From a virus (taxonomy: Duplodnaviria > Caudoviricetes), in the IMG/VR virus record IMGVR_UViG_3300036823_000389, positions 1,432-65,431 of that record: a stretch of 64,000 nt of DNA; one strand, written 5' to 3'. Below are positions 9,016-18,645 of this stretch, piece after piece. The notes beneath the pieces are model-generated. The model worked only from the letters and a program-made list of their open reading frames with translations, was not told where the DNA came from and did no database searches. The position numbers and the translations under genes were made by a program. The stretch's first letter is position 1. Every line of letters starts with the position of its first letter.

Positions 9016-9201
9016 TTAGAGACGGGCGATCAACGGCGATGCGAACCAGATGACCCCGGCCGCCGTCATGACCACGCCGGCAACCAGCATGATTGCTGTC
9101 CCGCCCGCACTATCGTCGCCATATGTCGGCTTCGAAGTCAGCGGACCGATCACGAGCAAGACGCCGATGATGGTCATCGTCAATTGAATCGCGAATTTCA
9201 T
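9016..9201 (-). CDS. Small 2-TM membrane protein
   Basis: MKFAIQLTMTIIGVLLVIG...AIMLVAGVVMTAAGVIWFAS. Confidence 0.5.
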   Translation of the reverse strand: MKFAIQLTMTIIGVLLVIGPLTSKPTYGDDSAGGTAIMLVAGVVMTAAGVIWFASPLIARL

Positions 9202-9230
9202 TGCGCCCCCGAGGATCATTTTGAACTTGG

Positions 9231-10823
9231 TTAGGCGAGCTCCCTGACTATGAGCGACAGCAATTGAATTGTGTTTGTCCCCGTGCCCGCGGTGTCCCAT
9301 TTCGTTGCGATCTGCAACACCTGCGATGCGTTTGTGGCGACGATCACGGGCTGCAGGACCGTGTTTGCCGCGGCCGGTGCGTTCGTCTGATTGGTCGCCG
9401 CGAAAGCCGACGCAATCACGCCCACAGATGCACCGGGTGCGCCTGTCGAATGGATGAGGTAGCGATAGGTGATCGAGTGCGCAGTTTGGCTGGCTGTCGG
9501 CGTCGCCGGGTCCCAACTGCCAAGCACTGTGCTACCCATCAGCAACTGGAAATGAAGTACCGGAGGGGCCGAACCAGATACGATCTGGAATGTTGCAAGG
9601 ACTTCGATGGCCTTGTTGTTCGTCAGATACGACGCGCCAAGCGTCAAATTCGGCGTCATGTTGATGAAGGCACCGGAACCGCTCGCCGAATTGTTGGTGC
9701 TTCCGGTGTTGGCCGCCGAGAGCGGCATCGGAACTTGGACACCGCCGGCAAAGAGCGATACGGCGTTCACCGTTCCAGAGCCCATGTTACCGCCGGTCGG
9801 TGACCCAGCGATGAAGCTCAAGGCATTGAAAACCCCATCCGTCGCAAGCACGCTGACATTTTGCCGATACAAGCTGATGTCATACCCGCTGTCTGACGTG
9901 GACTCGGCCTTCCACGCAAACACGGCACCTTTGGTGGCGTCGTACTTGACGGTGAAGAGCGGCGTGGCCGTGGCCGAGGTCGCGCCATCACCGGGCCCCA
10001 GGAGACGCAGGAAGCGTCCATCCGCGATCGAGCCGAGCGGCGCCACGCGTAATTCAGCGCCGCACTGCACGTCATTCCACACCGACAGCATGCAGGGATT
10101 GGAGCTCGCCGGATTGAACGTCGTATCTTCAGGCGTGCCGCCGGCGGTCTTGACGCCGGACACGATGACCGCAGTGCAGGTGGAGATGCCGCCGGCGTCG
10201 ATATAGTGCAGAAGTGTATCGGCCGATTGGCCGCTCGTGTGATCGAAACACTTCAAAAACTTGCTGCCGCTGCCAGAGCCGAGCGGCTTCCAGGCTTCAA
10301 TAAGACCATAGGGGTGATTGTTCGCGGAGATTTTTGCCGTGACGCGAAAGCCACCGTCATACAGTCCGTCCGGCGTTGTAATGTCGAGCGAATATTTCCG
10401 GCCCGCGTAGGTGCCGTTGCCATCGGTGCCGTTGATGACCGGACTTGTTACTGTCGGATTGGTCTGCCGCACGAGCGAACCTGTGCCCGTTGGAGGAAAG
10501 CTTCCGAGATACTGCACGACATACCATTTCGACGTGTCGAGCGACGCCCCCGTCGTAAAAGGTAGCGCTGCCGGTATCGGCGCATAGACGATGCTCGAGC
10601 TGAGCACCGTTTGCGTGAGCGCCGTGATGGAGAGACCTGTCGTGTAGTTGACAGGAGCCTGGTAGGCGATCGCGCTGACAATCGAGTCCAAGCCGGTCAT
10701 CGTTGGCTTCGTATTGCCAAGCCGCGTCGTCATCGTGGAGTTCGAGGAATTGAGGAACTCCTCAAGGCTCGCTGCGTCGATCGCAGCATTGACCTGCTGC
10801 GTCCGGGTGATCGGATCAGTCAT
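9231..10823 (-). CDS. Tail fiber/tailspike receptor-binding protein
   Basis: Follows the J-like gene; N-terminal anchor-type motif (TRLG...YAP...LPFTT...KW); rich in S/T/G. Confidence 0.75.
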   Translation of the reverse strand: MTDPITRTQQVNAAIDAASLEEFLNSSNSTMTTRLGNTKPTMTGLDSIVSAIAYQAPVNYTTGLSITALTQTVLSSSIVYAPIPAALPFTTGASLDTSKWYVVQYLGSFPPTGTGSLVRQTNPTVTSPVINGTDGNGTYAGRKYSLDITTPDGLYDGGFRVTAKISANNHPYGLIEAWKPLGSGSGSKFLKCFDHTSGQSADTLLHYIDAGGISTCTAVIVSGVKTAGGTPEDTTFNPASSNPCMLSVWNDVQCGAELRVAPLGSIADGRFLRLLGPGDGATSATATPLFTVKYDATKGAVFAWKAESTSDSGYDISLYRQNVSVLATDGVFNALSFIAGSPTGGNMGSGTVNAVSLFAGGVQVPMPLSAANTGSTNNSASGSGAFINMTPNLTLGASYLTNNKAIEVLATFQIVSGSAPPVLHFQLLMGSTVLGSWDPATPTASQTAHSITYRYLIHSTGAPGASVGVIASAFAATNQTNAPAAANTVLQPVIVATNASQVLQIATKWDTAGTGTNTIQLLSLIVRELA

Positions 10824-10881
10824 CTCGGTTACCTTTGGATATATCTGGATACAGGTGCGCTAGCACCGCGCGCCGGCACCG

Positions 10882-13443
10882 TCAGACTGGATCGATGGTG
10901 TCGTTCTGGTAGTAGCGGCGGTCGTAGTTAATGACGGAAAGCTTGTAGGTTGCCGCGTCGTTTGGCGTCTTCTCCGCCACCAGAAAAGCTCTCCCGAGAT
11001 CGGTGTCGATATCGGGCACAATCCAGTAGGCCGCCCGTGCGGCATTCCGGATTTCAATCGACAACGAACTCGATGGCGCTTCCGCGAGCAGGACAGTTTT
11101 AGGGCTCGGACCTGGCACTATGGAGATCACATCCACAGTACCATCTGGAATCTGCAGCATGATCAGATAGTCGGTCTCCGGTGCGAAGATCGGCTTGCGG
11201 CTGAGTGTGAGGGCCAAGCCATCTTGGTCGATCACTTCTCCATCCTGTGTACCGGGCCGCGTGTTGTCGGCATTCAGGATCCGTTCGCTCTGTGCGACTA
11301 CGGCCGCCTGCTCGGTCGCGTCGAATTCGACGGCGAGCCGCTGCAACTGGGATTTCCAATAGGCGCGCCACGCCAACCAGGCCGCCGGCCGAAAGTTTCG
11401 AACTCCGACAGTATCGATCTTCTGCGGGTTGCCGGCAGAGCCATCCGTCGGAATACGGTATGTAGCGGCGGCGTCGAAATTTCCGCTATCGACATAGTTC
11501 AACTCGACGCCATCGTAGTCCTTCAGCGCGCCAAACCGCATGGTGCGTTTTTCCGAGCCCGGCAGCTTGTTGCGATGGTTGAACAGCATCGAGCTGTCCG
11601 GCGTTTCGCTTTCGAAGACGAGTTCTAGGACTGCGCCGCGCCGAAGCGCCGTGCAGAATATCGCCTGCGCAACCGATGTCAGTTCCTCTTCCGCCGGCAT
11701 CTGATCGTCGTCGAAGCTAAAGCCAAACTCCATGACGGAAGTGTCGCCGAAATAGGCCCCCACGGCAGCCACGGTGTCGTAAATCTGTGCGACGTTGAGC
11801 TCGGCGAGGCTCCGCCGGCCATTGTAAGGGTCGAGTGCTAGCGCGCAGAAGACATCAGCGGCGTTCTTGGACGCGGCTAATGTGTCCAAGAACCCATCGC
11901 CGTCGCGTACCGCAACGCGTCGGCAAACCAACGCGGTGAGTTTGCGCTCTTTGACGCCGAGAGCTGTCGGCGTTACCCGTGTCAGGCTGAGCATCGTCGT
12001 AATATTGCCGAAATCCTCCATCGCCACCGGCGCAGTCGCGAAGAGATCGCGCCATTTGATCTCGTCCGTCACGGTACCCTTGTAGAAATAGTCCGTTGGG
12101 GTCGTGCGCCAGGCGCGAAGACTGGACCGTCCTGACAGCGTAAGCGCCGCGCTGGCCGCCCGCTGCGTCTTGTCGACGCCCGAGCCTGGAAGCGTGATGT
12201 CGGTCGTCACCTCCGGACCGGTCGGCGCTCCTGATGCATCAACTGGGGTGACACCAAATCTTACTGTCACTGCGACGGGAAAAGAGTCTGACCCGTCCGT
12301 TTTGAAGCTGCCGCCCGGTTGGACAAGGTTCGCGATCGCGCCGGTGACCGTGGCGTCATCGACGATGACCGGTCCAACCACCTTAGTGGTGAGCCCTGAC
12401 GCATCCAGGGTACAGCTCGGGATCACCGGCGTCTGATGGCTGGCCATAGCGTTGACGATGGTCCAATCGGAATTCACCGACGCGGGGCTGACCAGCGTCA
12501 TTTCCGCATTCGAGACCGTGTCGATCGTGTAGGAACCGTCGAGATTGACCACATGGCCACTCCCATCGTCGGCGTGGGCGCCGCTGAGGACAATCCCGGC
12601 GCCCGCCTCGGCGAATTTTGTGAAGTTGAGATTGTCATCGTCGGTGCTGATGATGAAGTTCGGGTAGCGGAAGCGCAGGACAGGCGCCGTCGCGTCGCTC
12701 GTGTAGCTCTTGTAGTTCGGCGGATAGAGTGTCTGGCCGTTTATCCCATTCGATTTAAGGACCGTGACGACGCCCATTCCGATCGGGTTGCCGACGCGAA
12801 GCTGCGGATCGTCACCCGAGTTGGGCGAGGTGAACGGCGCGTAGACCTCGACGGTCTCACCCTCGATTTCAGATACAAGCGTGTCGCCGTCGCGGATGTC
12901 CGAGACGTCAAGTTCGCCGCGTGACACACCGAAATAGGACAATTCGCTTTCGTTGCCGCTGCTGTCGAATATTCTGAGCGGGACCATCAGATCGTCCGGC
13001 GTGCTGCGTTTTTCGCCGAAGATGTCCGGTATCCGGCCCAGCAGCCGCGCCTTGTTCTGGCGATCCCCGAGCTGGTTGTTGCTGCTATTGACGTTCTGGT
13101 TCAGCGCCGCCGGCTTCGGCACCAACAATCCGAGCAGCGCATAAAATGGTGCCAAAAGAACCGAAGCGACATCCTGCCAAGACCCGGGGCGTTGCTCGAG
13201 AAAGAACGGCCCGGGGAACGCGTTCAGTGCTTCCAGATCGCAACGATCACTCGGAGTCACGTCGCAATCTTGCGCGAAAGCGCGGTGATAGAGCCGCGTA
13301 TTCTCCGGCCATGACCAATGCCTGCGATCGCCGCTCCACCGTCCGACGTTGAGCGCGAGAAAATCGGCGACGTCCTCGACCTCGTGTTGCTGCCAGCTGG
13401 AGCGGTCAAAAACGTCGCGCGTGATCGTGACGGTCTTGGTCAT
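10882..13443 (-). CDS. Central tail fiber / tail tip protein (lambda J-like)
   Basis: RQNKARLLGRIPDIFG, YDGVELNYVD, INYDRRYYQND; synteny. Confidence 0.85.
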   Translation of the reverse strand: MTKTVTITRDVFDRSSWQQHEVEDVADFLALNVGRWSGDRRHWSWPENTRLYHRAFAQDCDVTPSDRCDLEALNAFPGPFFLEQRPGSWQDVASVLLAPFYALLGLLVPKPAALNQNVNSSNNQLGDRQNKARLLGRIPDIFGEKRSTPDDLMVPLRIFDSSGNESELSYFGVSRGELDVSDIRDGDTLVSEIEGETVEVYAPFTSPNSGDDPQLRVGNPIGMGVVTVLKSNGINGQTLYPPNYKSYTSDATAPVLRFRYPNFIISTDDDNLNFTKFAEAGAGIVLSGAHADDGSGHVVNLDGSYTIDTVSNAEMTLVSPASVNSDWTIVNAMASHQTPVIPSCTLDASGLTTKVVGPVIVDDATVTGAIANLVQPGGSFKTDGSDSFPVAVTVRFGVTPVDASGAPTGPEVTTDITLPGSGVDKTQRAASAALTLSGRSSLRAWRTTPTDYFYKGTVTDEIKWRDLFATAPVAMEDFGNITTMLSLTRVTPTALGVKERKLTALVCRRVAVRDGDGFLDTLAASKNAADVFCALALDPYNGRRSLAELNVAQIYDTVAAVGAYFGDTSVMEFGFSFDDDQMPAEEELTSVAQAIFCTALRRGAVLELVFESETPDSSMLFNHRNKLPGSEKRTMRFGALKDYDGVELNYVDSGNFDAAATYRIPTDGSAGNPQKIDTVGVRNFRPAAWLAWRAYWKSQLQRLAVEFDATEQAAVVAQSERILNADNTRPGTQDGEVIDQDGLALTLSRKPIFAPETDYLIMLQIPDGTVDVISIVPGPSPKTVLLAEAPSSSLSIEIRNAARAAYWIVPDIDTDLGRAFLVAEKTPNDAATYKLSVINYDRRYYQNDTIDPV

Positions 13444-13799
13444 CGATAGAACCTGGGCGAAGCGTAGCCATCGAGTGCCAAGTCGAGCCTCTCGAACCGC
13501 ACACCCTTTTCTGTGAGGTGGAGCAGGCGACCGCGGAGATAAACGCCGACGTGAGAATCTCCGCCGTTTTGCTGCCATAGGAGGACCAGGCACGGATCCT
13601 GGGGGCCGTCCAGCGCCTCGAAAGCCGCCACATCGCCCTTGTGAACACGGCGGTCCGCGGCCCCCTCGCGGAGCGCCTTGAGCCGCTCGCCGATGTCCAC
13701 ACCGACATGCGCCTGCCACACGTCCCGCGCGAAGTGCAGGCAGTTGTAAGCATCACCGCGGTGCCGCCGGGCGAGAAAGGGATCAACGCTCGCCAACAT
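13440..13799 (-). CDS. NlpC/P60-like tail tip assembly protein
   Basis: YNCLHFARDVW (Cys) and HVGVY (His). Confidence 0.8.
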   Translation of the reverse strand: MLASVDPFLARRHRGDAYNCLHFARDVWQAHVGVDIGERLKALREGAADRRVHKGDVAAFEALDGPQDPCLVLLWQQNGGDSHVGVYLRGRLLHLTEKGVRFERLDLALDGYASPRFYR

Positions 13800-14296
13800 C
13801 AGCGGAATCCGGCCAGCATCGGAAAGCGCGCCGCGGTATAGATTTCGCCGGTCCGGCTGGCGTTGAGGGCCGGCGCTTGGGCGATGAATGACGTTCCTTC
13901 CCGCGTCATAGGAAACTCCGGGATCTCGAGTGTGATAGGACCGAGCCGCGGCGTCATGAGATCGTCGGAGCGGAACATCCAGTAGGTCAGGCTCGGCTTG
14001 ATCATGAAGCCATCCGCTGCTTCTACGGCGTCCAGTTCCATGGACACGACCTCGCCGAGATCGCCCAGATCAATCTGAATGGCGAAATCGAGATCGGCTT
14101 TGGTAGGCTGTTCGGTCTTTTGCAGCGGGTAATAGTCGAACTGTGTCGGAACCCCTTCAACGACGGCCGTCAACCCACCTGGCTTGTTGCGGACGATGTA
14201 ATAGGCCTTCGTGAAATTGGGGTGCGAAATCTTGAAGCATTCGAACTTTTTCACACGCGATCGCGTGTTGAGGAACAGTTCGGTGTAGAGGCTCAT
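13799..14296 (-). CDS. Minor tail protein (DUF1833-like)
   Basis: ISHPNF...YIVRN and RTGEIY...RFPML motifs; synteny. Confidence 0.75.
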   Translation of the reverse strand: MSLYTELFLNTRSRVKKFECFKISHPNFTKAYYIVRNKPGGLTAVVEGVPTQFDYYPLQKTEQPTKADLDFAIQIDLGDLGEVVSMELDAVEAADGFMIKPSLTYWMFRSDDLMTPRLGPITLEIPEFPMTREGTSFIAQAPALNASRTGEIYTAARFPMLAGFR

Positions 14297-14775
14297 GGCG
14301 CTTCCGGCAGCGCGGCGATGATCTCCGCGAACCCATCGAGATATCCGGAAGGATCGCCGCCAGCCGCCTCAAAGATGTCGACGACGGAACTGTCGGCGTC
14401 CTCGTCCACATCCAGCGGCAGAACTTCCAGTTGTGCGCTGACATATTTGATCACGCCCTTCACGCCGGTGACCTTGGCCGATCCCGGTATCAGATAGACC
14501 GTGAACTCCGTCACCGGCGAGCCATCCAGGACGAGATCGGCCAGGAAAGGTTCACTCCCATCTGCCGCGCGATTGCGCAGAAACGCCCAGAAATATTGCC
14601 ACTGCGCCGGGTCGAGAATAAAAGCGACTTGGACGAGGGAAGTGCCCCCTTCGATGTCGGCACGATACCGTCCCGCACCGCCGTTCAGCGCAACGCGGAT
14701 GACGCCATCCTGCGGCGGCGTTGTGCTATACCCTGACGCCTGGGCTCGCACGAGCAGCTTATCCAATGTGGTCAT
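14293..14775 (-). CDS. Distal tail protein (lambda M position)
   Basis: Directly after the tape measure gene; LNGGAGRYRAD motif. Confidence 0.7.
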   Translation of the reverse strand: MTTLDKLLVRAQASGYSTTPPQDGVIRVALNGGAGRYRADIEGGTSLVQVAFILDPAQWQYFWAFLRNRAADGSEPFLADLVLDGSPVTEFTVYLIPGSAKVTGVKGVIKYVSAQLEVLPLDVDEDADSSVVDIFEAAGGDPSGYLDGFAEIIAALPEAP

Positions 14776-17711
14776 GTGCGCTTCGTGCGCGCCGTCGTGT
14801 GGCGCTCCAACGCCCGAGACGTCGTGCTTTGTGGGTTCGAGAGTTCGGCCCGGAACGACTTCGGCGCCTCGGCGTGAACGATACCCGGGGTCTTGGCATC
14901 GATACGGTCGTCGATCATCACCATCAGCTCATCCGGGCCTACTTGTTGCGTGGTGACCCGAGAGCTGCCGTTGTTGATGATATTGACCTTCATCCCGCCA
15001 GAATTCGAGTTGGCCGGCGCCGCAAACAGCGGCGAGCGAGTAGTCATGCGGTCGAAATTCATGCCCGCGTTCATCGCAGCCAACGTGTTGATGTTGCCTG
15101 GTACGGCGCCGGCGTGCGAGACCCACTCACGGCCGTGGACGACGCCGGCGACGTTATTCGTCGGCATATTACCGGTGTAGCCGCCATCTTCGAAGCCGGC
15201 GATCTTCGCCACGTTCACGGCCGCCGCGATCCCAACAGCGGCGGCCTCAATATAGTTGAACGGCGGGGGCGCAGACGCCAACGCCTTCTGCACGGCGAGA
15301 ATGCCGTCGATAGTCGCTTGCGCGATCGCAGCGGCCTTGCCGATCGCGGCCAACGTCGCATTGCTCGACTGCGACATCGTCGCCAAGTTGCTGAACACTT
15401 CGCTGGCGAACTGTAAGCGCTGTTGGCCTGCAGCCTCTTCAATGGCCGCACGCTTACGGGCGCCATCCTCTAGGATCGCGGTCATCGCCGCGTCATGTGC
15501 CGCGCCGCTGCCTTGGGTGGCTTGATAATACGCGTCGACAATTTGTTGCCGCTGTTGGATTTCGTTTTGCAGCACCGCCAACTGCGATTGCTGCGCAACG
15601 CCGGCGCCGGTGCCGAAGGGGTCGCTTTCGCCTAGGCCGGTGGCGAGCGAGTTGTAAGCTTGGCCTAGTCCGGTCTGCCCGATGGCGTATGTCGCCTGCC
15701 CCCCGCTGATTTCGCCCGTGCCTTGCTGGCGATGCGCCTCTGCGATAGTGCGCTGGTCTTCACGGTACGGGTTGATCGAAGCGTCAATACGCGCTTGCGC
15801 GGCTAACTGATCGTTTATGGCCTGCACGGTGTGGAGATGCTCCAAGGCGGCATCGGCAACCTCTTTGCCCCACTTCGCCGATAGAGCCAAATATTGGGCT
15901 TCAACGGCACGATCAGGGATACTGGTCGCGAGAAGTGCTTGGCCGCGCGCGATCTGGTCCGTCAGATCGGTTTGCACAGTATTGGTATCGGAAAGCGTGA
16001 GACTATTTTTAATCGCTAGCACCTGCGCATCGCTGAGGTGTTTGACAGCATCGGCATACGTCTGCGAGAGGTTTTTGGCGGCAACGCCGTGCGCCTTCTC
16101 GTCGATTTGCGCGCCCTTGACAATCGCCGCCTGCAGACGCTGCTGTTCCGTGGTCAGCCCCGCGGCAATCGCTGCCTGGTCGAGCTGAGCGAGATAGCCG
16201 CCGAACGTCTCCTTGACGTGGTCCGCCGCGTCCTGCGCTTTCTTGTCAGCATCGCCCTGGATCTTCAGCGCAACAGCATGATCGATATCGGACCGCTGCT
16301 TGGCCGTGAACTGCTGGTTATAGATGTCGTTGGATTCTGCAAGCCCCAGGTTCTGCGCGCGAATCTCTTGGCCCATGCCTCTGAGATATGCTTGCGCCGC
16401 TTCATAATGTGCGGCCTGCAGTGCCGCCTGGGCAGTGCTTAGCCCCGCAGCGGTGGCGGCCAACTGCTGTTTTGCGATGAACTGGTCCAACTGATCGTTT
16501 TGTAACGTCGAGGTGTTGGCTGCCGCGCCGGTGCCCGTCAGTATCTTGGTATTGTGGAAAAAATCATCCACGCCAGCATCTGCAGCGGCCTGTTGGTTGG
16601 CGGCATGTTGCCTTGCCGCGTACGCGGCATTCGCCTCGCCTTCCGTCATCAGCATGGCCGAACCAAGCTTGCTCCAGAAATCCTGATCCGACATTTTGCT
16701 CAGCCGGTCGAGTTCGGAAAGGAGATCTGTAATGGCATGCGCAAAAACAGTGATGTGCGGCGTGGCGGCGATCTCAAGCTGCTCCGACGCCTTGGTGAGT
16801 TGCAAGCTGGCCTCTTGTGCCTTTCGGGCGACCTCCTCGTCGAGCACCCGGCCCTGTTCGTGATATTTGGAGACGAGGTCGCCAGAACTGACGGCCAGTG
16901 TCGCGAGTGACGCTCCGACCTCCTGACCCGCGCGACCAAAAAACCGTACCTCTTCAGCGGCACGTTGGGCGGGGTCCTGGATTTGCGCAATTGCCTGCGT
17001 CACCGCTGTAACCGCCGCCTCTATAGGGTTGGATGCGGTCGCCAACTGGCGCCAATCGACGCCGAGATGGTTGAACTCAGCCCGCGCGGCACTTACGCCA
17101 AGCTCAGCATCGCCAAGCGTTTTGGACAACTTTTGCACCAACGTGTCCGCGACATCGGATGCCGCGCCACTATCCGCCAGGGCCGCGCGGTAGGCCTGGA
17201 GTGCCGACGCAGACACACCAACCCGATCAGCCTGGTCCACCAACGCTGCCGCCGTCTTGAACACGTCCTCGCCCCATTGGACCACCGAACCGATGCTGAG
17301 CGCGATGCCGAACTGGCTGAGCAAGCCGATTCCCTGGCTGATGCCGGCGCGAAAGTCGTCGAGCGCGCTATTGGTCTCGTGGTACTTCGTTCCCAACAGC
17401 GCCACACGCTGGGCGTGCTGGTCGGTCGTGATAATGCCCTGCTGAAGAGCGGCATCTGCAACCTTCATCGCGCGTGCCATTTGGTCCTGCTGCCGGGCAC
17501 CCTCCACCACCGCCAGGGTTTGGCGTGTATAAGCCTGCTGGGCCGAGAGCGCGCGCTTCGCCGCCGTGTCGGTGACGGTTGCGGTTGTCCCGCTCGTGGT
17601 CGCGAGGCGCGTTTGCGCTGCGCTGACATTGTTCAATGACGAGGCCAGGGAGTTGAGGCTTTGCTGCCCATCCCCCTGGATCGTCACTTTCCGGAGTAGT
17701 TCAACTTGCAT
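14772..17711 (-). CDS. Tail tape measure protein
   Basis: About 980 aa Ala/Gln-rich helical protein; KAAAIAQATI, GFEDGGYTG, AGVVHGREWV. Confidence 0.92.
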   Translation of the reverse strand: MQVELLRKVTIQGDGQQSLNSLASSLNNVSAAQTRLATTSGTTATVTDTAAKRALSAQQAYTRQTLAVVEGARQQDQMARAMKVADAALQQGIITTDQHAQRVALLGTKYHETNSALDDFRAGISQGIGLLSQFGIALSIGSVVQWGEDVFKTAAALVDQADRVGVSASALQAYRAALADSGAASDVADTLVQKLSKTLGDAELGVSAARAEFNHLGVDWRQLATASNPIEAAVTAVTQAIAQIQDPAQRAAEEVRFFGRAGQEVGASLATLAVSSGDLVSKYHEQGRVLDEEVARKAQEASLQLTKASEQLEIAATPHITVFAHAITDLLSELDRLSKMSDQDFWSKLGSAMLMTEGEANAAYAARQHAANQQAAADAGVDDFFHNTKILTGTGAAANTSTLQNDQLDQFIAKQQLAATAAGLSTAQAALQAAHYEAAQAYLRGMGQEIRAQNLGLAESNDIYNQQFTAKQRSDIDHAVALKIQGDADKKAQDAADHVKETFGGYLAQLDQAAIAAGLTTEQQRLQAAIVKGAQIDEKAHGVAAKNLSQTYADAVKHLSDAQVLAIKNSLTLSDTNTVQTDLTDQIARGQALLATSIPDRAVEAQYLALSAKWGKEVADAALEHLHTVQAINDQLAAQARIDASINPYREDQRTIAEAHRQQGTGEISGGQATYAIGQTGLGQAYNSLATGLGESDPFGTGAGVAQQSQLAVLQNEIQQRQQIVDAYYQATQGSGAAHDAAMTAILEDGARKRAAIEEAAGQQRLQFASEVFSNLATMSQSSNATLAAIGKAAAIAQATIDGILAVQKALASAPPPFNYIEAAAVGIAAAVNVAKIAGFEDGGYTGNMPTNNVAGVVHGREWVSHAGAVPGNINTLAAMNAGMNFDRMTTRSPLFAAPANSNSGGMKVNIINNGSSRVTTQQVGPDELMVMIDDRIDAKTPGIVHAEAPKSFRAELSNPQSTTSRALERHTTARTKRT

Positions 17712-17713
17712 GG

Positions 17714-18085
17714 TCAGCTCTTTTTTGCACTCTCGGCATGTCGCTTGACCTGGTCTGCGAGCCAATCGAGATAGACCACGTCCATCGCCCAGAGCATGCG
17801 CGCCAGCAATCGTGCGTCTTCAACGCCATTTCTGGCCGCATATCGCTCTATCGATGACCATGGTATTCGGCCGGCGCCGCCCATCGCCAAGAGCGGGCGA
17901 TCGGTGGTGAGTAGGTGCCATGCGTCCCAATACTCGGACGCGACATCCGTCAGTTCAGCGTCGTCCGGTATTTCCACGTCCCGAACGAGGGGGACGGCGT
18001 CCGCCTCTTCTTCTGCAAGGTCGGCCAAAAATTCGTCTGCGCCCTTCTGCGTCAGATTGTAGTGAAGGGCGCCTATGAGTTTTTT
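17714..18085 (-). CDS. Tail assembly chaperone GT extension (-1 frameshift product)
   Basis: Frame is open from the slippery site (KKLIGALHYNL...); YWDAW..L.TDR, IPWSSIERYA, AMDVVYL. Confidence 0.75.
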   Translation of the reverse strand, partial: KKLIGALHYNLTQKGADEFLADLAEEEADAVPLVRDVEIPDDAELTDVASEYWDAWHLLTTDRPLLAMGGAGRIPWSSIERYAARNGVEDARLLARMLWAMDVVYLDWLADQVKRHAESAKKS

Positions 18086-18489
18086 TCCGTCACCCCGTCC
18101 GCCTCGTCATCTTCCGCATCCACGGCCATTGCGGCGATCAGCACTCCGTCCCGGAACGATGCGTAGTCCGCCGACGTCAGAAAGACCTTCGCTTGCTCAT
18201 AGCTGTAGTCGCTCATCTTGCCGTCGTCGCCTTCGACGTTTTTCCAATCGCCAAGCGAGTGGTCGAGCAGACACACACCCGTGATGCGGTCCAGTTCGAC
18301 CGGATCGACCACGCCACCCTTGCGCTTCGACGGGGGAAGCGCCCGAATCATCGATTGCATCCGCCGGCGGTAATCGGGATTGCTTGTGCCGCGCACAAAC
18401 AACTCGATATCGCCCAGGCCGACAATATCCTTTTGCCAACGGCCCTTGTTGGCGATGTCGGCGTTGTTCTTGAGGCTTGAAAGCTTCAT
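18073..18489 (-). CDS. Tail assembly chaperone G
   Basis: Lies between tail tube and tape measure; ends GAA AAA AAC TCA TAG. Confidence 0.8.
   Translation of the reverse strand: MKLSSLKNNADIANKGRWQKDIVGLGDIELFVRGTSNPDYRRRMQSMIRALPPSKRKGGVVDPVELDRITGVCLLDHSLGDWKNVEGDDGKMSDYSYEQAKVFLTSADYASFRDGVLIAAMAVDAEDDEADGVTEKNS
18079..18085 (-). promoter_or_regulatory. -1 programmed frameshift slippery heptamer A AAA AAC
   Basis: XXXYYYZ heptamer in the correct phase; the -1 frame runs into the 17714 ORF. Confidence 0.8.
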
Positions 18490-18645
18490 TGGGTTCCTCT
18501 GTTCGGAGAGCGGCAGGCGGCGTCCGAACACACCGCCTGCCGGTTGCGTACGCACTCCCCCGCCGCCCGGACCGAAGGCCGCGCGGTGAAGGTCTTTGCT
18601 CCGTTGTTCGGACACGGAGCTGTTCGAATTGGATTGTGGCGGCGG

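Noticed and set aside
9231-13443. Remote DGR target in the tail fiber or J-like gene
   Set aside because: No TR-like sequence, IMH or GACA hairpin is seen at their 3' ends; targets outside the window cannot be excluded.
13440-13799. NlpC/P60 protein as the endolysin
   Set aside because: Its position in the tail-tip cluster matches a tail assembly protein.
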